A stretch of DNA of 64,000 bases from Patescibacteria group bacterium (lineage in GTDB: Bacteria > Patescibacteriota > Patescibacteriia > JBDRGY01). Shown one piece after another: positions 18,869-29,260 of this stretch. The translations under genes were made by a program, and so were the position numbers. The notes beneath the pieces are model-generated. The model was not told the DNA's origin and made no database searches. It saw nothing but the letters and a program-made list of their open reading frames with translations. The stretch lies in assembly GCA_043817315.1 (NCBI GenBank), contig JBDRGY010000004.1, forward strand, positions 797-64,796. The letters run 5' to 3'. Numbering within the stretch: position 1 is the stretch's first letter; each line of letters opens with the position of its first letter.

Positions 18869-19660
18869 ATGAGTGTATCCAGAATAATATTTGTTACCTC
18901 CTTATTGATTATAATTATTTTCTGTGCTTCCTTTATTTTGTTTCGCTATTATGGCAATCAGGACAATGCAAATTGGTTTAATGATAATTTGCGTGGGGAG
19001 TTAGCAAAGTCTCCGACCTTGCGTTCTTTGTATGCTCTCAATTGGGATGGGGATGCCAAATCTGATTATTTATCCAACAGAAAATTTAAGAAACTAGTGA
19101 TCGAAATTGAATCAATCCAGCAATGTGCTTTGTATTTTGCGGATAATCAAGCGTTGGCTGACCAGATCAATGACTTGATCCAAAAACCAGAAGGAGTCGA
19201 AATTATATTGAATGATTCCATCGATGAAGACGAAATTATTTTCTTGGAAAGCAACCCCCTTGATAGAGCAGTTTCCCGCCTCAAAGCTCGATTGCAGAAT
19301 CATAAGACAGGGGGTGATACCGCTTTTTTGCATGTTTTATGCCTGGATTACAACCGGGATGCCAGCACGACCATCGGCGCCACTTATGAAAACACAACCG
19401 TATTGCTTTTTTATAATAGAATCAAAGAAGTGACCGAAAAAAACTCAGCTGCCCTGCCCATCTATTTAAAAACTACCCTGTTACACGAATTTGGCCACCA
19501 ATTGGGGTTACCGCACCTTGAAGACACCGGCTGTATGATGGCGGCCACAGTAGAAAGTCCTGGCAATGCGATCGGAGCCCTGGACCAAATTCCTCAATCT
19601 TTTTGCCCGGCCAGTTTAAATATGATTCAAACGTTACGTTTGCAGTATCAAGAAACTTAA
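18869..19660 (+). CDS. Membrane-anchored zinc metallopeptidase (metzincin-like)
   Basis: HEFGHQLGLPH, Met-turn CMM. Confidence 0.8.
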   Translation: MSVSRIIFVTSLLIIIIFCASFILFRYYGNQDNANWFNDNLRGELAKSPTLRSLYALNWDGDAKSDYLSNRKFKKLVIEIESIQQCALYFADNQALADQINDLIQKPEGVEIILNDSIDEDEIIFLESNPLDRAVSRLKARLQNHKTGGDTAFLHVLCLDYNRDASTTIGATYENTTVLLFYNRIKEVTEKNSAALPIYLKTTLLHEFGHQLGLPHLEDTGCMMAATVESPGNAIGALDQIPQSFCPASLNMIQTLRLQYQET

Positions 19661-19693
19661 TCCCGCTTTTGTCTTAGTATTATTGAACTTTAA

Positions 19694-20563
19694 ATGCCAG
19701 AATTACCAGAAGTCGAAACCATTGTTAGAGACTTAAAAACCAAGCTAAAAGGTAAAAAGATTACCAATTTCACCAGCGATCGGCCCCGACAGCTGAATCT
19801 GTCGGTGGCTTCCTTTGCGAAGAAAATAGCGGGATCTAATTTTATTAATGTCAGGCGCCGGGCCAAGATAATAATCCTTGATTTAAATATAGGACAAAGT
19901 ATCTTGATTCATCTAAAAATGACCGGTCAGTTAATTATGCGTGATCGATCTGGTAAATACTCGGGTGGAGGACATCCCATCGACCATTACTTAAAGGAGC
20001 TACCTAATAAGTTTACTCATGCTATTTGGCATCTCCAGGGCGGCCAGCAGCTTTTTTTTAATGACATTAGAATGTTTGGCTATATTAAACTGGTGCCCAC
20101 CAAAGAATTGCCGGAACTATTTAACAAGATGAAACTGGGGCCGGAGCCGTTGAGCCCCTTATTTAACCTGGCCATGTTCAAGACATTGCTGGAGCGGAAG
20201 AAAATTGCCAAGATCAAGCCTTTATTAATGGAGCAGTCCTTTATAGCCGGGATCGGAAATATCTATGCTGATGAAGTCTGCTATTACGCCAAGGTAAAAC
20301 CAACCAGGATAGTCGGATTCCTCAAAGATGAAGAGATAAAAAAACTGTATCTAGGTATTAAAGAAATACTGCCCCAGGCTATTGAATCCAGGGGGACTTC
20401 AGCTGATACCTATGTTGACAGTGATGGCCAAAAAGGTAATTATGAGACCCAGCTAAAAGTATACGGTCGCAAAAAAGAAAAATGCCTGAAATGTCAGACA
20501 CCGCTTAAGTCTATGAAATTGAGAGGGCGCACTACCGTTTTTTGCCCTAAGTGCCAGGCATGA
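19694..20563 (+). CDS. mutM: Formamidopyrimidine-DNA glycosylase
   Basis: MPELPEVET, HLKMTG, GIGNIYADE, C-terminal zinc finger. Confidence 0.97.
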   Translation: MPELPEVETIVRDLKTKLKGKKITNFTSDRPRQLNLSVASFAKKIAGSNFINVRRRAKIIILDLNIGQSILIHLKMTGQLIMRDRSGKYSGGGHPIDHYLKELPNKFTHAIWHLQGGQQLFFNDIRMFGYIKLVPTKELPELFNKMKLGPEPLSPLFNLAMFKTLLERKKIAKIKPLLMEQSFIAGIGNIYADEVCYYAKVKPTRIVGFLKDEEIKKLYLGIKEILPQAIESRGTSADTYVDSDGQKGNYETQLKVYGRKKEKCLKCQTPLKSMKLRGRTTVFCPKCQA

Positions 20564-21002
20564 CCAACCAGTGGTACAGAAAGCTAGTTATTATCCCTAA
20601 AGCCCCGCCAGTGGTTACTTGCAAGAAAGTATGGCCCAATCTTTCCCTGAGACGGGGCAGCTGTTTCCTTTCTGGCTCCGGCAGTTTATCGACTAAATGA
20701 TTTAGAACTTTACTTTGTTGGCCTAGAATCAGCCTGAAACCCATTGCGTCTCTGATAACAATAGCCATCAGGATAAAAGAAACGGCAAAGATGGCAGTAT
20801 TGATTCCCTCAGTTAAGCCGAGTATAGCGGTCAGAGAAACCACAAAGGCGGTGTGAGCCGAGGGCATGCCACCGTAAGAAGCAAGAAGCTCGTGCCAATT
20901 AAAATTTCCCTTGATTTGATCAGTAGCAAGCTTTATGGCCTGCGTTATCAATCCGGCCAGGATAGGCACGATTAGAATAGCGTATTCTTGAAAAAAATTC
21001 AT
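20547..21002 (-). CDS. Divergent PAP2 family protein (DUF212)
   Basis: GGMPSAH, DAMG.R..GQQ, LRE.LGHT. Confidence 0.9.
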   Translation of the reverse strand: MNFFQEYAILIVPILAGLITQAIKLATDQIKGNFNWHELLASYGGMPSAHTAFVVSLTAILGLTEGINTAIFAVSFILMAIVIRDAMGFRLILGQQSKVLNHLVDKLPEPERKQLPRLRERLGHTFLQVTTGGALGIITSFLYHWLVMPGT

Positions 21003-21821
21003 ATGGATATAATATGCTCAATTATTGCCGGTATCATTCAGGGCGTTACAGAATTCCTGCCAATTTCTTCGTCCGGTCATCTTGTATTATTTCATCAACT
21101 GGTTGAATTTGAAGTGTTAAACGACTTGCTTTTTGATGTGGTGCTGCATTTGGGAACTCTGATTTCTCTGCTGATCTATTTCCGGAAAGATATTGGTAAA
21201 TACATAATAGCCTTTTTTCAAAGTTTTGCAAAGTGGCAGTTAAGAGATAACCTGGATCAGCGTTTAGCCTGGTTTATTGTTATCGGAACCATCCCGGCTG
21301 TAGTTCTGGGATATTTTCTGGATAATATTTTTGAGAATTTTTTCCGTCAAACTTATTGGGTAGCTATTATGTTGATTTTGGTGGCCATTTTATTTTATGT
21401 TCTAGAAAAGATTGCTCCCAAGAATAAGGATTTTAGCGCCCTCAATGTCAAGAATACATTGATGATTGGCTTGGCCCAGGCTATTGCCCTGATTCCCGGG
21501 GTTTCGCGCTCCGGTATTACCATTTTAGCTGGCATGGGTAGCGGTTTAACCAGGCAAATGGCGGCCCGTTTTTCCTTTTTATTATCAATTCCGGTTGTTT
21601 TGGGAGCCGGGCTGAAGAAATCACTAGAGATGACCAGCTATTCCCTTGATGCGGCAACAACCGGGGTTCTGGTAGCAGGTTTTCTGGCTTCAGCTATAGC
21701 TGGTTATGTCTGTATCAAGTATTTCCTGAGATATCTACAAAAAAATACCCTGAAACCATTTGCCATCTACCGCATCTTTCTGGCCTTGGTGGTTTTCGGG
21801 TATTTTTATATATTTAGATAA
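21003..21821 (+). CDS. uppP: Undecaprenyl-diphosphate phosphatase
   Basis: QGVTEFLPISSSGH, PGVSRSG, ARFSFLLSIP. Confidence 0.95.
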   Translation: MDIICSIIAGIIQGVTEFLPISSSGHLVLFHQLVEFEVLNDLLFDVVLHLGTLISLLIYFRKDIGKYIIAFFQSFAKWQLRDNLDQRLAWFIVIGTIPAVVLGYFLDNIFENFFRQTYWVAIMLILVAILFYVLEKIAPKNKDFSALNVKNTLMIGLAQAIALIPGVSRSGITILAGMGSGLTRQMAARFSFLLSIPVVLGAGLKKSLEMTSYSLDAATTGVLVAGFLASAIAGYVCIKYFLRYLQKNTLKPFAIYRIFLALVVFGYFYIFR

Positions 21822-23382
21822 TTTTGACTATCTCGGGAACTCTTTCCAGGAAATGGAAACGCATCAGCAGTAAAGCAATAGTCAGTCCAGCTACCAGCAG
21901 GGTTTGTAAAATCGTGGGAGCGTGCTGAACTCTGACTTTGATCAGGATATTCAACAGTAAAGCGATTATAATAAAGGCTAAGAATATTTCGTAGAAACGC
22001 TTGGTGAAATTAATAACTTTTTCCACCAAGTTTTCTTTTTTATCGGGTTTAATCTCCGCCACTATATGGGCAGAAGTGGTCTGATCTTCGTTAACGTTGG
22101 AGATAGACTGATTGGTATTGGCGTTTAGGTTGGTATTGGTTATCGTTGCTGGGGGAGTTTCCTCGGTAACAGGAGCGGTTACTTCTTGCTGGGGTTCGGC
22201 CGGAGCAGGTTCCGGTTCGGCATCTGTAGCTGATTCGATTACCGGTATGGCAGTAACGGTTATGGGAATAGAAAGATCCCCGCCGGGAATAAAGGTGACG
22301 TTCTCAGCGACCAGTTGAAAATCCTCTACGTATTCCCCCGGCTCATCCGGTGCTTGAAGGGCAAAGGTAAAGCGACCAGTTTCAGATACGCCCACTGATT
22401 GATTATCTAGACGGGTAGCACGATAAAACTGTTCATCCCAATAATTATGTTTGAAAGGACTGACCCGTCCTGGCGGGTTAGTAACATTTATAGCTACAAA
22501 GTATTGGCCGGTATTGCTCCAAGCAACAGTTCCGGTATTTTTGAAATCAGCCCAATAAGTTAGAGCTTTTCCGGCTTGCAGACTGACTCTTTGGTAGCTT
22601 TGAGCTACTAATTCAGTAGCATAGGATTCTGCCAGAGATTCAGCCGGAGGTGCTGGTGGAGCTACTGGTTCTGGGGTTGGGGTTGGTTCGGGGGTTGGTT
22701 CGGGGGTTGGTTCGGTCACCGGTTCAGGCTCTTCTTCTTGGGAAGGAGTAGTCACCGGTATGGCCGGTTCTGGTTCGGGCACATAAGAAGCTCCGAAGAA
22801 CTGGACACAGACAATAGTTTTACGCCCTTCGATTTCTCCGGCCAGAACAGCCACTCCGATTTCTTTATAACTGGAATTAACAATATTTTTACGATGAGTG
22901 GGAGAAGCCATCCAGGCGTTGACCACATCTTCAGCTTCGATAAAGTCCATCGCCAGATTTTCCCCAGCGTAAGTGTAGACATATCCTGCGTTTTTAAACC
23001 AATACCAAGGTGTAGTTCCCGAAGGTGAAGTATGGGCAAAATAGTTAGTAGCTACCATATCCTGGGCCTTAGCCATGGCTGCCTGATTAAGAACTGAGTT
23101 TTGAGTTAAGGTGGCCAAGCCCTCTCCAACCCTGGCTGAATTGGTCATATTAATAATGTTGGCGGTGGTTATGGAGGCAAATGATGCTTCATCTGGGTAG
23201 GAAAAGAAAAAGAATGAAGTAGTAACCAACTTAACAACAATTAACAGAGCACTATAAAATCTTAGAGCACCCGGACGTAAAGCGTGTGGTTTATGATTAT
23301 TGCAGACATTGGGAATAAAATAATGATTGAAATTATTATTTCCCTCTTTACATCGCACCAGGTTTTTCGGCTCGTATCCCAT
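21814..23382 (-). CDS. CAP (SCP) domain surface protein with Pro/Thr/Glu linker and Ig-like domain
   Basis: YFAH.SP.G..PW, AGENLA, WM.SPTH..NI; EPTP repeats; FKNTG...W Ig-like domain; C-terminal TM helices. Confidence 0.85.
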   Translation of the reverse strand: MGYEPKNLVRCKEGNNNFNHYFIPNVCNNHKPHALRPGALRFYSALLIVVKLVTTSFFFFSYPDEASFASITTANIINMTNSARVGEGLATLTQNSVLNQAAMAKAQDMVATNYFAHTSPSGTTPWYWFKNAGYVYTYAGENLAMDFIEAEDVVNAWMASPTHRKNIVNSSYKEIGVAVLAGEIEGRKTIVCVQFFGASYVPEPEPAIPVTTPSQEEEPEPVTEPTPEPTPEPTPTPEPVAPPAPPAESLAESYATELVAQSYQRVSLQAGKALTYWADFKNTGTVAWSNTGQYFVAINVTNPPGRVSPFKHNYWDEQFYRATRLDNQSVGVSETGRFTFALQAPDEPGEYVEDFQLVAENVTFIPGGDLSIPITVTAIPVIESATDAEPEPAPAEPQQEVTAPVTEETPPATITNTNLNANTNQSISNVNEDQTTSAHIVAEIKPDKKENLVEKVINFTKRFYEIFLAFIIIALLLNILIKVRVQHAPTILQTLLVAGLTIALLLMRFHFLERVPEIVKII

Positions 23383-23678
23383 TGTTTTTATTATAGATTA
23401 ATTCCCTAATTTTTAACAGGTTATTATAGACTAAAAATCATAAAATGTCAACCCCGAAACAAATTTATGATTTCTGAACCCTTTTTTGGGCCCCTTTTTT
23501 AAACTAGCATTTTATTATATATTGAAACGCTATATTATTTCTGGTTTGTTTATACATTTATGTACAAATAGACCCAAATCTTATCAGTTACGGAAAATTT
23601 GTTACGGGGTCAAGGCTTGCTGGTTTTGATACAAAAAAACGGGACAGTCAGCCCCGTTTTTATTATAGGAAAGTATTA

Positions 23679-24314
23679 TTAGATTAGTTCACCGATTACC
23701 ACTAATCGTTTGTCAGTGGAGAACAGGGGAGTGCAGGTAAATAGAGTAACTCGGGGAGTTTCTGTTGCTTCTTTGATACTGATTTCATTGGGTTCGACGA
23801 TTTTAGTTTCTGTTACTACATAATCGTATTCTTGCTCTTGCCAGTAAACAATGAAATTATCGCCATTGGTTATTTTGTCCAGGAGATAAAAGGTTTGGCT
23901 GGATGGGGGGCGGTAGCGAAAGCGATGAGCTGAAATCACCATATTACTGCCATCTACCGGATCGCTGGTATCGGGCAAATGCCAAGCTCCTTGATTGAGA
24001 CAAAGGCCCTCATTGGTACCTTCAATGATTTTGATATAGACCCCGATTTTAGGAATCACCAGATAGTTTTCCAGAGGAATACCTGCTTCGTTGAGGGGAA
24101 TACTGCTTTCTCTCCGTTCAATATCCGGCAAAGTGCTTGATTCTTCTTCATTAACTAATTGAGTGGGAAACGGGTAGTACGGTTCGGGTTCACTGACGCT
24201 ATATTTTATCAAAGGAAAAAAGGGATAGCTGATGACCACTATCCCGATGACAATTAAGGCTATGGCAAGTATCTTGAGCGCTTTGCGTTGTTGCCCAGTC
24301 AGGGATTTAGTCAA
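23679..24314 (-). CDS. Sortase
   Basis: N-terminal TM helix; ISAHR, TLFTC and KRL catalytic His/Cys/Arg. Confidence 0.9.
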   Translation of the reverse strand: MTKSLTGQQRKALKILAIALIVIGIVVISYPFFPLIKYSVSEPEPYYPFPTQLVNEEESSTLPDIERRESSIPLNEAGIPLENYLVIPKIGVYIKIIEGTNEGLCLNQGAWHLPDTSDPVDGSNMVISAHRFRYRPPSSQTFYLLDKITNGDNFIVYWQEQEYDYVVTETKIVEPNEISIKEATETPRVTLFTCTPLFSTDKRLVVIGELI

Positions 24315-24346
24315 TTTTCTACCCCTTTTTCCTTATATAGTAGTTT

Positions 24347-26914
24347 TTAAGCGCGTTTGTGGGCGAAGCTGTATATGGTGATACCACCGGCAATCAACAT
24401 CAGGGCAAAAGCAGCCAGCAGCCAATCCATCATAGTAGCTCCGGTTTCAGTAAGATCGTCTTCAGCACCTAAAACTTGTCCCGCTCTGACTTCCAGGGAG
24501 ACTTTATCATTGACATCATTGACATCGTCAGCTGAAGCAACGGCCAGGTTGATGTATTTGCCGTTCTGCATGGAGGCATCTACTTTTACTTCATAGGTAA
24601 CATCTTTGACTTCACCTGGTACTAGATCACCCAATTCCCAAGAATGGGTATAGCTACCAGATTCGGTGAAAGTGAATCCTTCAGGCAAGATATCAACCAA
24701 TTTGACGTTGAGGGCTGGTGCTTCACCAACACTGGTCACTGTGACCGTGTAGTTGGCAGTACCACCCGGATTGACCAGTTCTTTATCTACGGTCTTTTCT
24801 ATTGCCAGTTCGGATCCGGCTTCTTCACCTAAGACAGTAGGCACTCTAACGTCTATTTTGGCGTCATCAGAAACATCGTCGTGGTTATCGGCTTTAGTGA
24901 TAGCCACATTATCGTATTCTCCTTCACCGAGATTGCTGTCTACATAGACTGTGTAGTTGATTGAATGGTCATCACCAGCAGCTAGAGTGCCAATATCGAA
25001 CATCTTCACTCTTTCACCGGTGTTGGCTCCATTTTCGTAGAAGTAGAGACCAGCTGGCAGAGTATCGGTGACGGTGACGTTCTCCGCTTGGCCTTTACCG
25101 GAATTGCTAACGGTAACAGTATAATCAACTGTCTTTCCAGGATTGGTCAGAGTGGTGCCAGTAGTCTTTAGGATTCCCAGGGAAGGCAAGGCCAGAATAG
25201 TTGTCTCTTCCTCAGCCGTAGCAACAACGTACATTTGTCTGGTGGCTGCCATAGTAAAGTCCGCTTCAACTCCATTTTCCACAACATCATACTCCGTGCT
25301 CAGAGTGGCTTCGTTGATCAAGACAGTGGCATCATCTATTCCACTATTAACCTCAACATCTATCCAAACGGAACCTGAGGCTACTGCTTCACGGAAACCC
25401 AAGTCCCAAGTGACAGTATGGGTGGCTGCGTCATAGGTGCCGCCGTCTGAGTCTATGTAAGTAACCTCAGCCGGTAGCGGATCTGTTAGGGTCAGATGAA
25501 TAGCATACCCTTCAGTCAATTCCCAATCGAGGGTATAACGGAAGGTTTCCGCTTCCATAACCGGATCAGCGCTGTCGGTTTTGTCCAGAGCGAGAACCGG
25601 TTCCACAATCGGCTCAGCTGTTTGGTAATTGATGAAATTATACATTGTCGGCTCTTCTTCAAAGCCGGTATTGGATTGGATATTTACCATGTGTCCATCT
25701 ACTGGAGACAGAGCGGCCCAGCCCTCTTGCATGGTTTCAGTTACCATGTAATCACCAAATTTTAGACCAGTAAATTCGTAATAACCATTTTCATTAGTAG
25801 TTTCACAGTTATCTTCCGGTAGCAAGCCAACCACATTCGCTACAAAATCTCCTTCTGGTGGTTGAACACTTTCTAGCACATCCAGACAGATTTCCCAGCC
25901 CGGTAGGGGAGTATCTGAACTATCGTATTTATAACCGGCAATACGTCCCGGATGGATGTTGCCGAAGTTGCACATAATAGGCACGTCTCCCACAAAGTTT
26001 TCTTCTAGTTCTTCTGTGCAAGTGCCTTCATTATCGTAAGGTAGGGTAACCCAATGGCAGGCATCAGCTTCAGGACTGGTTTGGTTCCAGCCCGGTTGTC
26101 CTACTTCACAGATGTGATAGGTTCCTCTTTCCAGGTTCTCGAACCAGTACCAACCTAGATGTTGTGGATCTGAACTAGTTACCATGGTATCAATCGGATT
26201 CTCCAGATCACTTTCTTTATAGAGTTTGATTGTCCAACCAGGTAGCTTCGGATCATCGTTGTCTTTACCGTTAATGTTCAAGTCGTTGAACTTGTAGCCA
26301 TGGATTGAGTACGTCGGAACAGCGACATTAAAGCCAACGCAGTAGTATTCACCGCCAGAGACTGCATTTATATAATCGTAATTATCGTAGTTTAATACAT
26401 CTTCGTCGCAGTAGAATTCTGCACTAATGGCTTCGCCATTTGCATCACCTGTGTTTCCGCCATGGAATGGCACATAGCCGGCTTGTAAAACTTCACGGAA
26501 CCAGACAGTTGCGCCAGCACCAACATTAATTGTTGTTGATGAGCCAAAAGTAGTCCAGTTTCCGCCAGCAGTACCAATAAGTGTATCGCCAGCATCGGAA
26601 ACCTGTCCATCAAATCCCCATTCAAATTCCCAGTCATCAACTAGTTCACAACCCTCGTGGGTATCGGCCCAAATCTGTGCAGTTGAAGAGGTAATTGCAC
26701 TACCGCCATCACCCCAGTCCGGTAGTTTGGATTCATCATCGCAGACAACTTTGTAAGCTGTGATGGTAGCTTCTACGCTTACAGCCACAGCTCTTTCCGG
26801 AGCCAGAAATAAAACACTCGCCGAACTCATATAGACGACGAGAGTGATATTAACAATCAGATTAGTGGTTTTAATTAGTTTTTGTTTCCATACTTTCTTG
26901 GTTGTTTGACTCAT
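24347..26914 (-). CDS. Sortase-anchored surface protein (SdrD-B-like and DUF11 repeats)
   Basis: G.KF.D.N.NG..D...L.GW.I.L repeats, TD.LP.G DUF11 repeats, C-terminal LTETG+TM+KRA. Confidence 0.85.
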   Translation of the reverse strand: MSQTTKKVWKQKLIKTTNLIVNITLVVYMSSASVLFLAPERAVAVSVEATITAYKVVCDDESKLPDWGDGGSAITSSTAQIWADTHEGCELVDDWEFEWGFDGQVSDAGDTLIGTAGGNWTTFGSSTTINVGAGATVWFREVLQAGYVPFHGGNTGDANGEAISAEFYCDEDVLNYDNYDYINAVSGGEYYCVGFNVAVPTYSIHGYKFNDLNINGKDNDDPKLPGWTIKLYKESDLENPIDTMVTSSDPQHLGWYWFENLERGTYHICEVGQPGWNQTSPEADACHWVTLPYDNEGTCTEELEENFVGDVPIMCNFGNIHPGRIAGYKYDSSDTPLPGWEICLDVLESVQPPEGDFVANVVGLLPEDNCETTNENGYYEFTGLKFGDYMVTETMQEGWAALSPVDGHMVNIQSNTGFEEEPTMYNFINYQTAEPIVEPVLALDKTDSADPVMEAETFRYTLDWELTEGYAIHLTLTDPLPAEVTYIDSDGGTYDAATHTVTWDLGFREAVASGSVWIDVEVNSGIDDATVLINEATLSTEYDVVENGVEADFTMAATRQMYVVATAEEETTILALPSLGILKTTGTTLTNPGKTVDYTVTVSNSGKGQAENVTVTDTLPAGLYFYENGANTGERVKMFDIGTLAAGDDHSINYTVYVDSNLGEGEYDNVAITKADNHDDVSDDAKIDVRVPTVLGEEAGSELAIEKTVDKELVNPGGTANYTVTVTSVGEAPALNVKLVDILPEGFTFTESGSYTHSWELGDLVPGEVKDVTYEVKVDASMQNGKYINLAVASADDVNDVNDKVSLEVRAGQVLGAEDDLTETGATMMDWLLAAFALMLIAGGITIYSFAHKRA

Positions 26915-27142
26915 ATTTCCTTAATTAATGGTTTAAATTAGGGATTTATATTTAAAATTGACCTTTATTTGAGTATGTAGTCAAGGTAGCAAATTGAGGC
27001 TGTTTGTCAAGTTTATTACAGCATTTTAGGAAAATATGTCAATCTCCAAGCAGCATTATGTTTTCAGGACAACTTAGCACCGCTTGCTCAGTTTGTCAAG
27101 GGATAATAAAAGAGCAGGTATTCTACCTGCTCCCGGAAAGAA

Positions 27143-27760
27143 CTAAGTGGCTTGCTGCCAGCGTTTGCCGGTGATGAACCGGCCGAAGTGGGGCCAAAAG
27201 GACCAGCGAAGGTTGTGAACCAGAGCCTGTAACAAGATCCAAACAGCCCAGCTACCCAGACAAACTAACAGTCCGGCAGTAGGCCCGGCTCCTAGCCATA
27301 TGTATAAACTGATGATGGCTCCGCGGAACAAAAGTCCGTTGGGACCGCTAACGATGATTGTGGCAAATCCGTAGTAGGCGAAACAGATGAGCATACAGGT
27401 AGTGACCGCATCTCTGTAGTTGAAAAGATAGAGAATGAAGGCCATGAAGGCTCCAATCATGAAACAGGCCACAGGCACCATGGTGGAACCCATGACAAAT
27501 TCTGACCGGTGATTCTTGATTTCGGGATCGAACTTGATGTTAAGGAAGCTGGCGGTCATGGTGAGGGCGACTAAGGGAACATAGACAAGATCCCAAAGCC
27601 GGCTGACTGGCTGGAAAGTCCAGCTATAGAATTGCCAACCTTGACTGGGAATCGATCCGGCAATCAGATGCCAGATCATCCAGAAGGCAGAGATGGTGAC
27701 CAGACTGAACAACGGCCAACGCCAACACAACTGCCATTTCCTGACAGTGACCTGATCCAC
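27143..27760 (-). CDS. Membrane protein, stand-alone cassette
   Basis: GTG start with SD AAGAGGAGG; promoter TTGACA(27847)-18-TAATTT; terminator 27112-27132. Confidence 0.7.
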   Translation of the reverse strand: MDQVTVRKWQLCWRWPLFSLVTISAFWMIWHLIAGSIPSQGWQFYSWTFQPVSRLWDLVYVPLVALTMTASFLNIKFDPEIKNHRSEFVMGSTMVPVACFMIGAFMAFILYLFNYRDAVTTCMLICFAYYGFATIIVSGPNGLLFRGAIISLYIWLGAGPTAGLLVCLGSWAVWILLQALVHNLRWSFWPHFGRFITGKRWQQAT

Positions 27761-27883
27761 TTTTTTCCTCCTTTGGCGGCAGGTTTCAGGTTTCTAATGA
27801 ACAAAGGATAGTTGATAAAATTACCACAGTCAGCAATTTGTTGTCAAACAAAAAATCCGGGGTGAACCGGATTATTATCGTTT

Positions 27884-27980
27884 ACCATTGCGAGTCCCGA
27901 GCTATGCTCGGAGCGCGGCAATCCCGTTCTCTTACAGTATCGGGATTACTTCACTTCGCTCCGGCGGAGTTCGCAATGGT
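27884..27980. repeat. REP-like palindromic element
   Basis: Terminal inverted repeats ACCATTGCGA/TCGCAATGGT, internal AATCCCG..CGGGATT stem. Confidence 0.7.
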
Positions 27981-27985
27981 TAGTG

Positions 27986-28486
27986 TTAGATATTTTGAGG
28001 GTCAGCAAATAGAGCGACAACCAGGATGGAATCCCTTCCATCAATTTTTCCTTTTTGATAAGCAATGCCGATTTCTTGATATTCCGGGGACAGAATCAGT
28101 TTACGGTGAGAAGGACTTTGCATCCAAGCATCGTGAGCTTCAGTCAGATCAACGTAATCCATGGCCAGGTTTTCCCCGGCTTTAGCATAAGGGTAACCAA
28201 CTTTTTCCAGGAAATGCCAGGGACTCTTACCCCAGGGAGAAATATGATCAAAATAGTTATGGTCAAACATATCAGCTAATTTCAATTGAGCCGCCTGCTG
28301 CAGCTTATCGTTCATTGCCAATGACGGCAAACCAAAGTTAATTCTGGCTTGATTGGTCAGGTCAACCAGGCCAGGGGAGTAATCAGCAATTCCTTCGGAA
28401 CTAGTAGGTATCAAAAAAAGCAGGACCGCTAAAAAGCCTACTTTAAGTGATAAAAAAATGATTCGGTTGTCACCCTGTCGTTTCAT
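27986..28486 (-). CDS. CAP domain exported protein
   Basis: YFDH.SP.G..PW, AGENLA, WMQSPSH. Confidence 0.85.
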   Translation of the reverse strand: MKRQGDNRIIFLSLKVGFLAVLLFLIPTSSEGIADYSPGLVDLTNQARINFGLPSLAMNDKLQQAAQLKLADMFDHNYFDHISPWGKSPWHFLEKVGYPYAKAGENLAMDYVDLTEAHDAWMQSPSHRKLILSPEYQEIGIAYQKGKIDGRDSILVVALFADPQNI

Positions 28487-28566
28487 TTTAGTTTTTCTTT
28501 TTGTTTTTGACGAGAAGTTCTTTATTCTCTACAATAAGTATATCACAAAATGACAATAAAATCAAG

Positions 28567-29187
28567 ATGGAAAGGCTAATTAAGGAGTTAATAGACCAGG
28601 GGGTCTTAAAGACCCCGGAGATAATAGAGGCTTTTCACACTGTAAGAAGGCGTGATTTTTTGCCGGCAGGCTTAGTGCCAGAAGAGGAAGTAAACGCCCC
28701 TTTGCCTATCGGTCACGGCCAGACTATTTCTCAACCCCTGACAGTTGCCTTTATGTTGGAATTGTTGCAGCCCCAGCCTGGTGATAAGGTTTTGGACATC
28801 GGTTCCGGTAGCGGTTGGCAGACAGGACTGCTGGCTTATTTGGTAGGGGATAAAGGAAGAGTGATTGCCTTAGAGAGAGTTCCCGAATTGAAAAAAAGGG
28901 GAGAAGAAAACCTCCAAAAATACAAATTCCGCAATGTTGAATTCAGAACAGGAGACGGCACCAAGGGTTTGGCAGGGCAGGCTCCCTTTGATAAGATAAT
29001 CGTAGCGGCAGCTGCTCTGGAAATTCCCAATCCTTTGAAAAAACAGTTGGTAGTGGGCGGCCGTTTAGTCATTCCGGTGGGGGAGGGGGAGCAGGCCATG
29101 AATTTATTAATCAAGAAAGCAGACGAAGAATTTGAAGAAAAGAAATATCCAGGATTTCGATTTGTACCATTAATCAGCGACCAGTAA
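28567..29187 (+). CDS. pcm: Protein-L-isoaspartate O-methyltransferase
   Basis: GQTISQP, VLDIGSGSG, APFDKIIVAAA, FVPL. Confidence 0.95.
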   Translation: MERLIKELIDQGVLKTPEIIEAFHTVRRRDFLPAGLVPEEEVNAPLPIGHGQTISQPLTVAFMLELLQPQPGDKVLDIGSGSGWQTGLLAYLVGDKGRVIALERVPELKKRGEENLQKYKFRNVEFRTGDGTKGLAGQAPFDKIIVAAAALEIPNPLKKQLVVGGRLVIPVGEGEQAMNLLIKKADEEFEEKKYPGFRFVPLISDQ

Positions 29188-29260
29188 CAAGAAACGGGTA
29201 ACGAGCAAAAGGTAACATCTATACTCTCGTTACTCATCACCCATTACTCATTCCTAAACT

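Noticed and set aside
22660-22740. Tandem 12-bp repeats as CRISPR or contingency locus
   Set aside because: In-frame EPTP linker of the CAP protein; no spacers or cas genes
26975-27100. Four GTCAA motifs upstream of the surface protein gene
   Set aside because: Irregular spacing; may be tandem promoters but no supportable repeat structure
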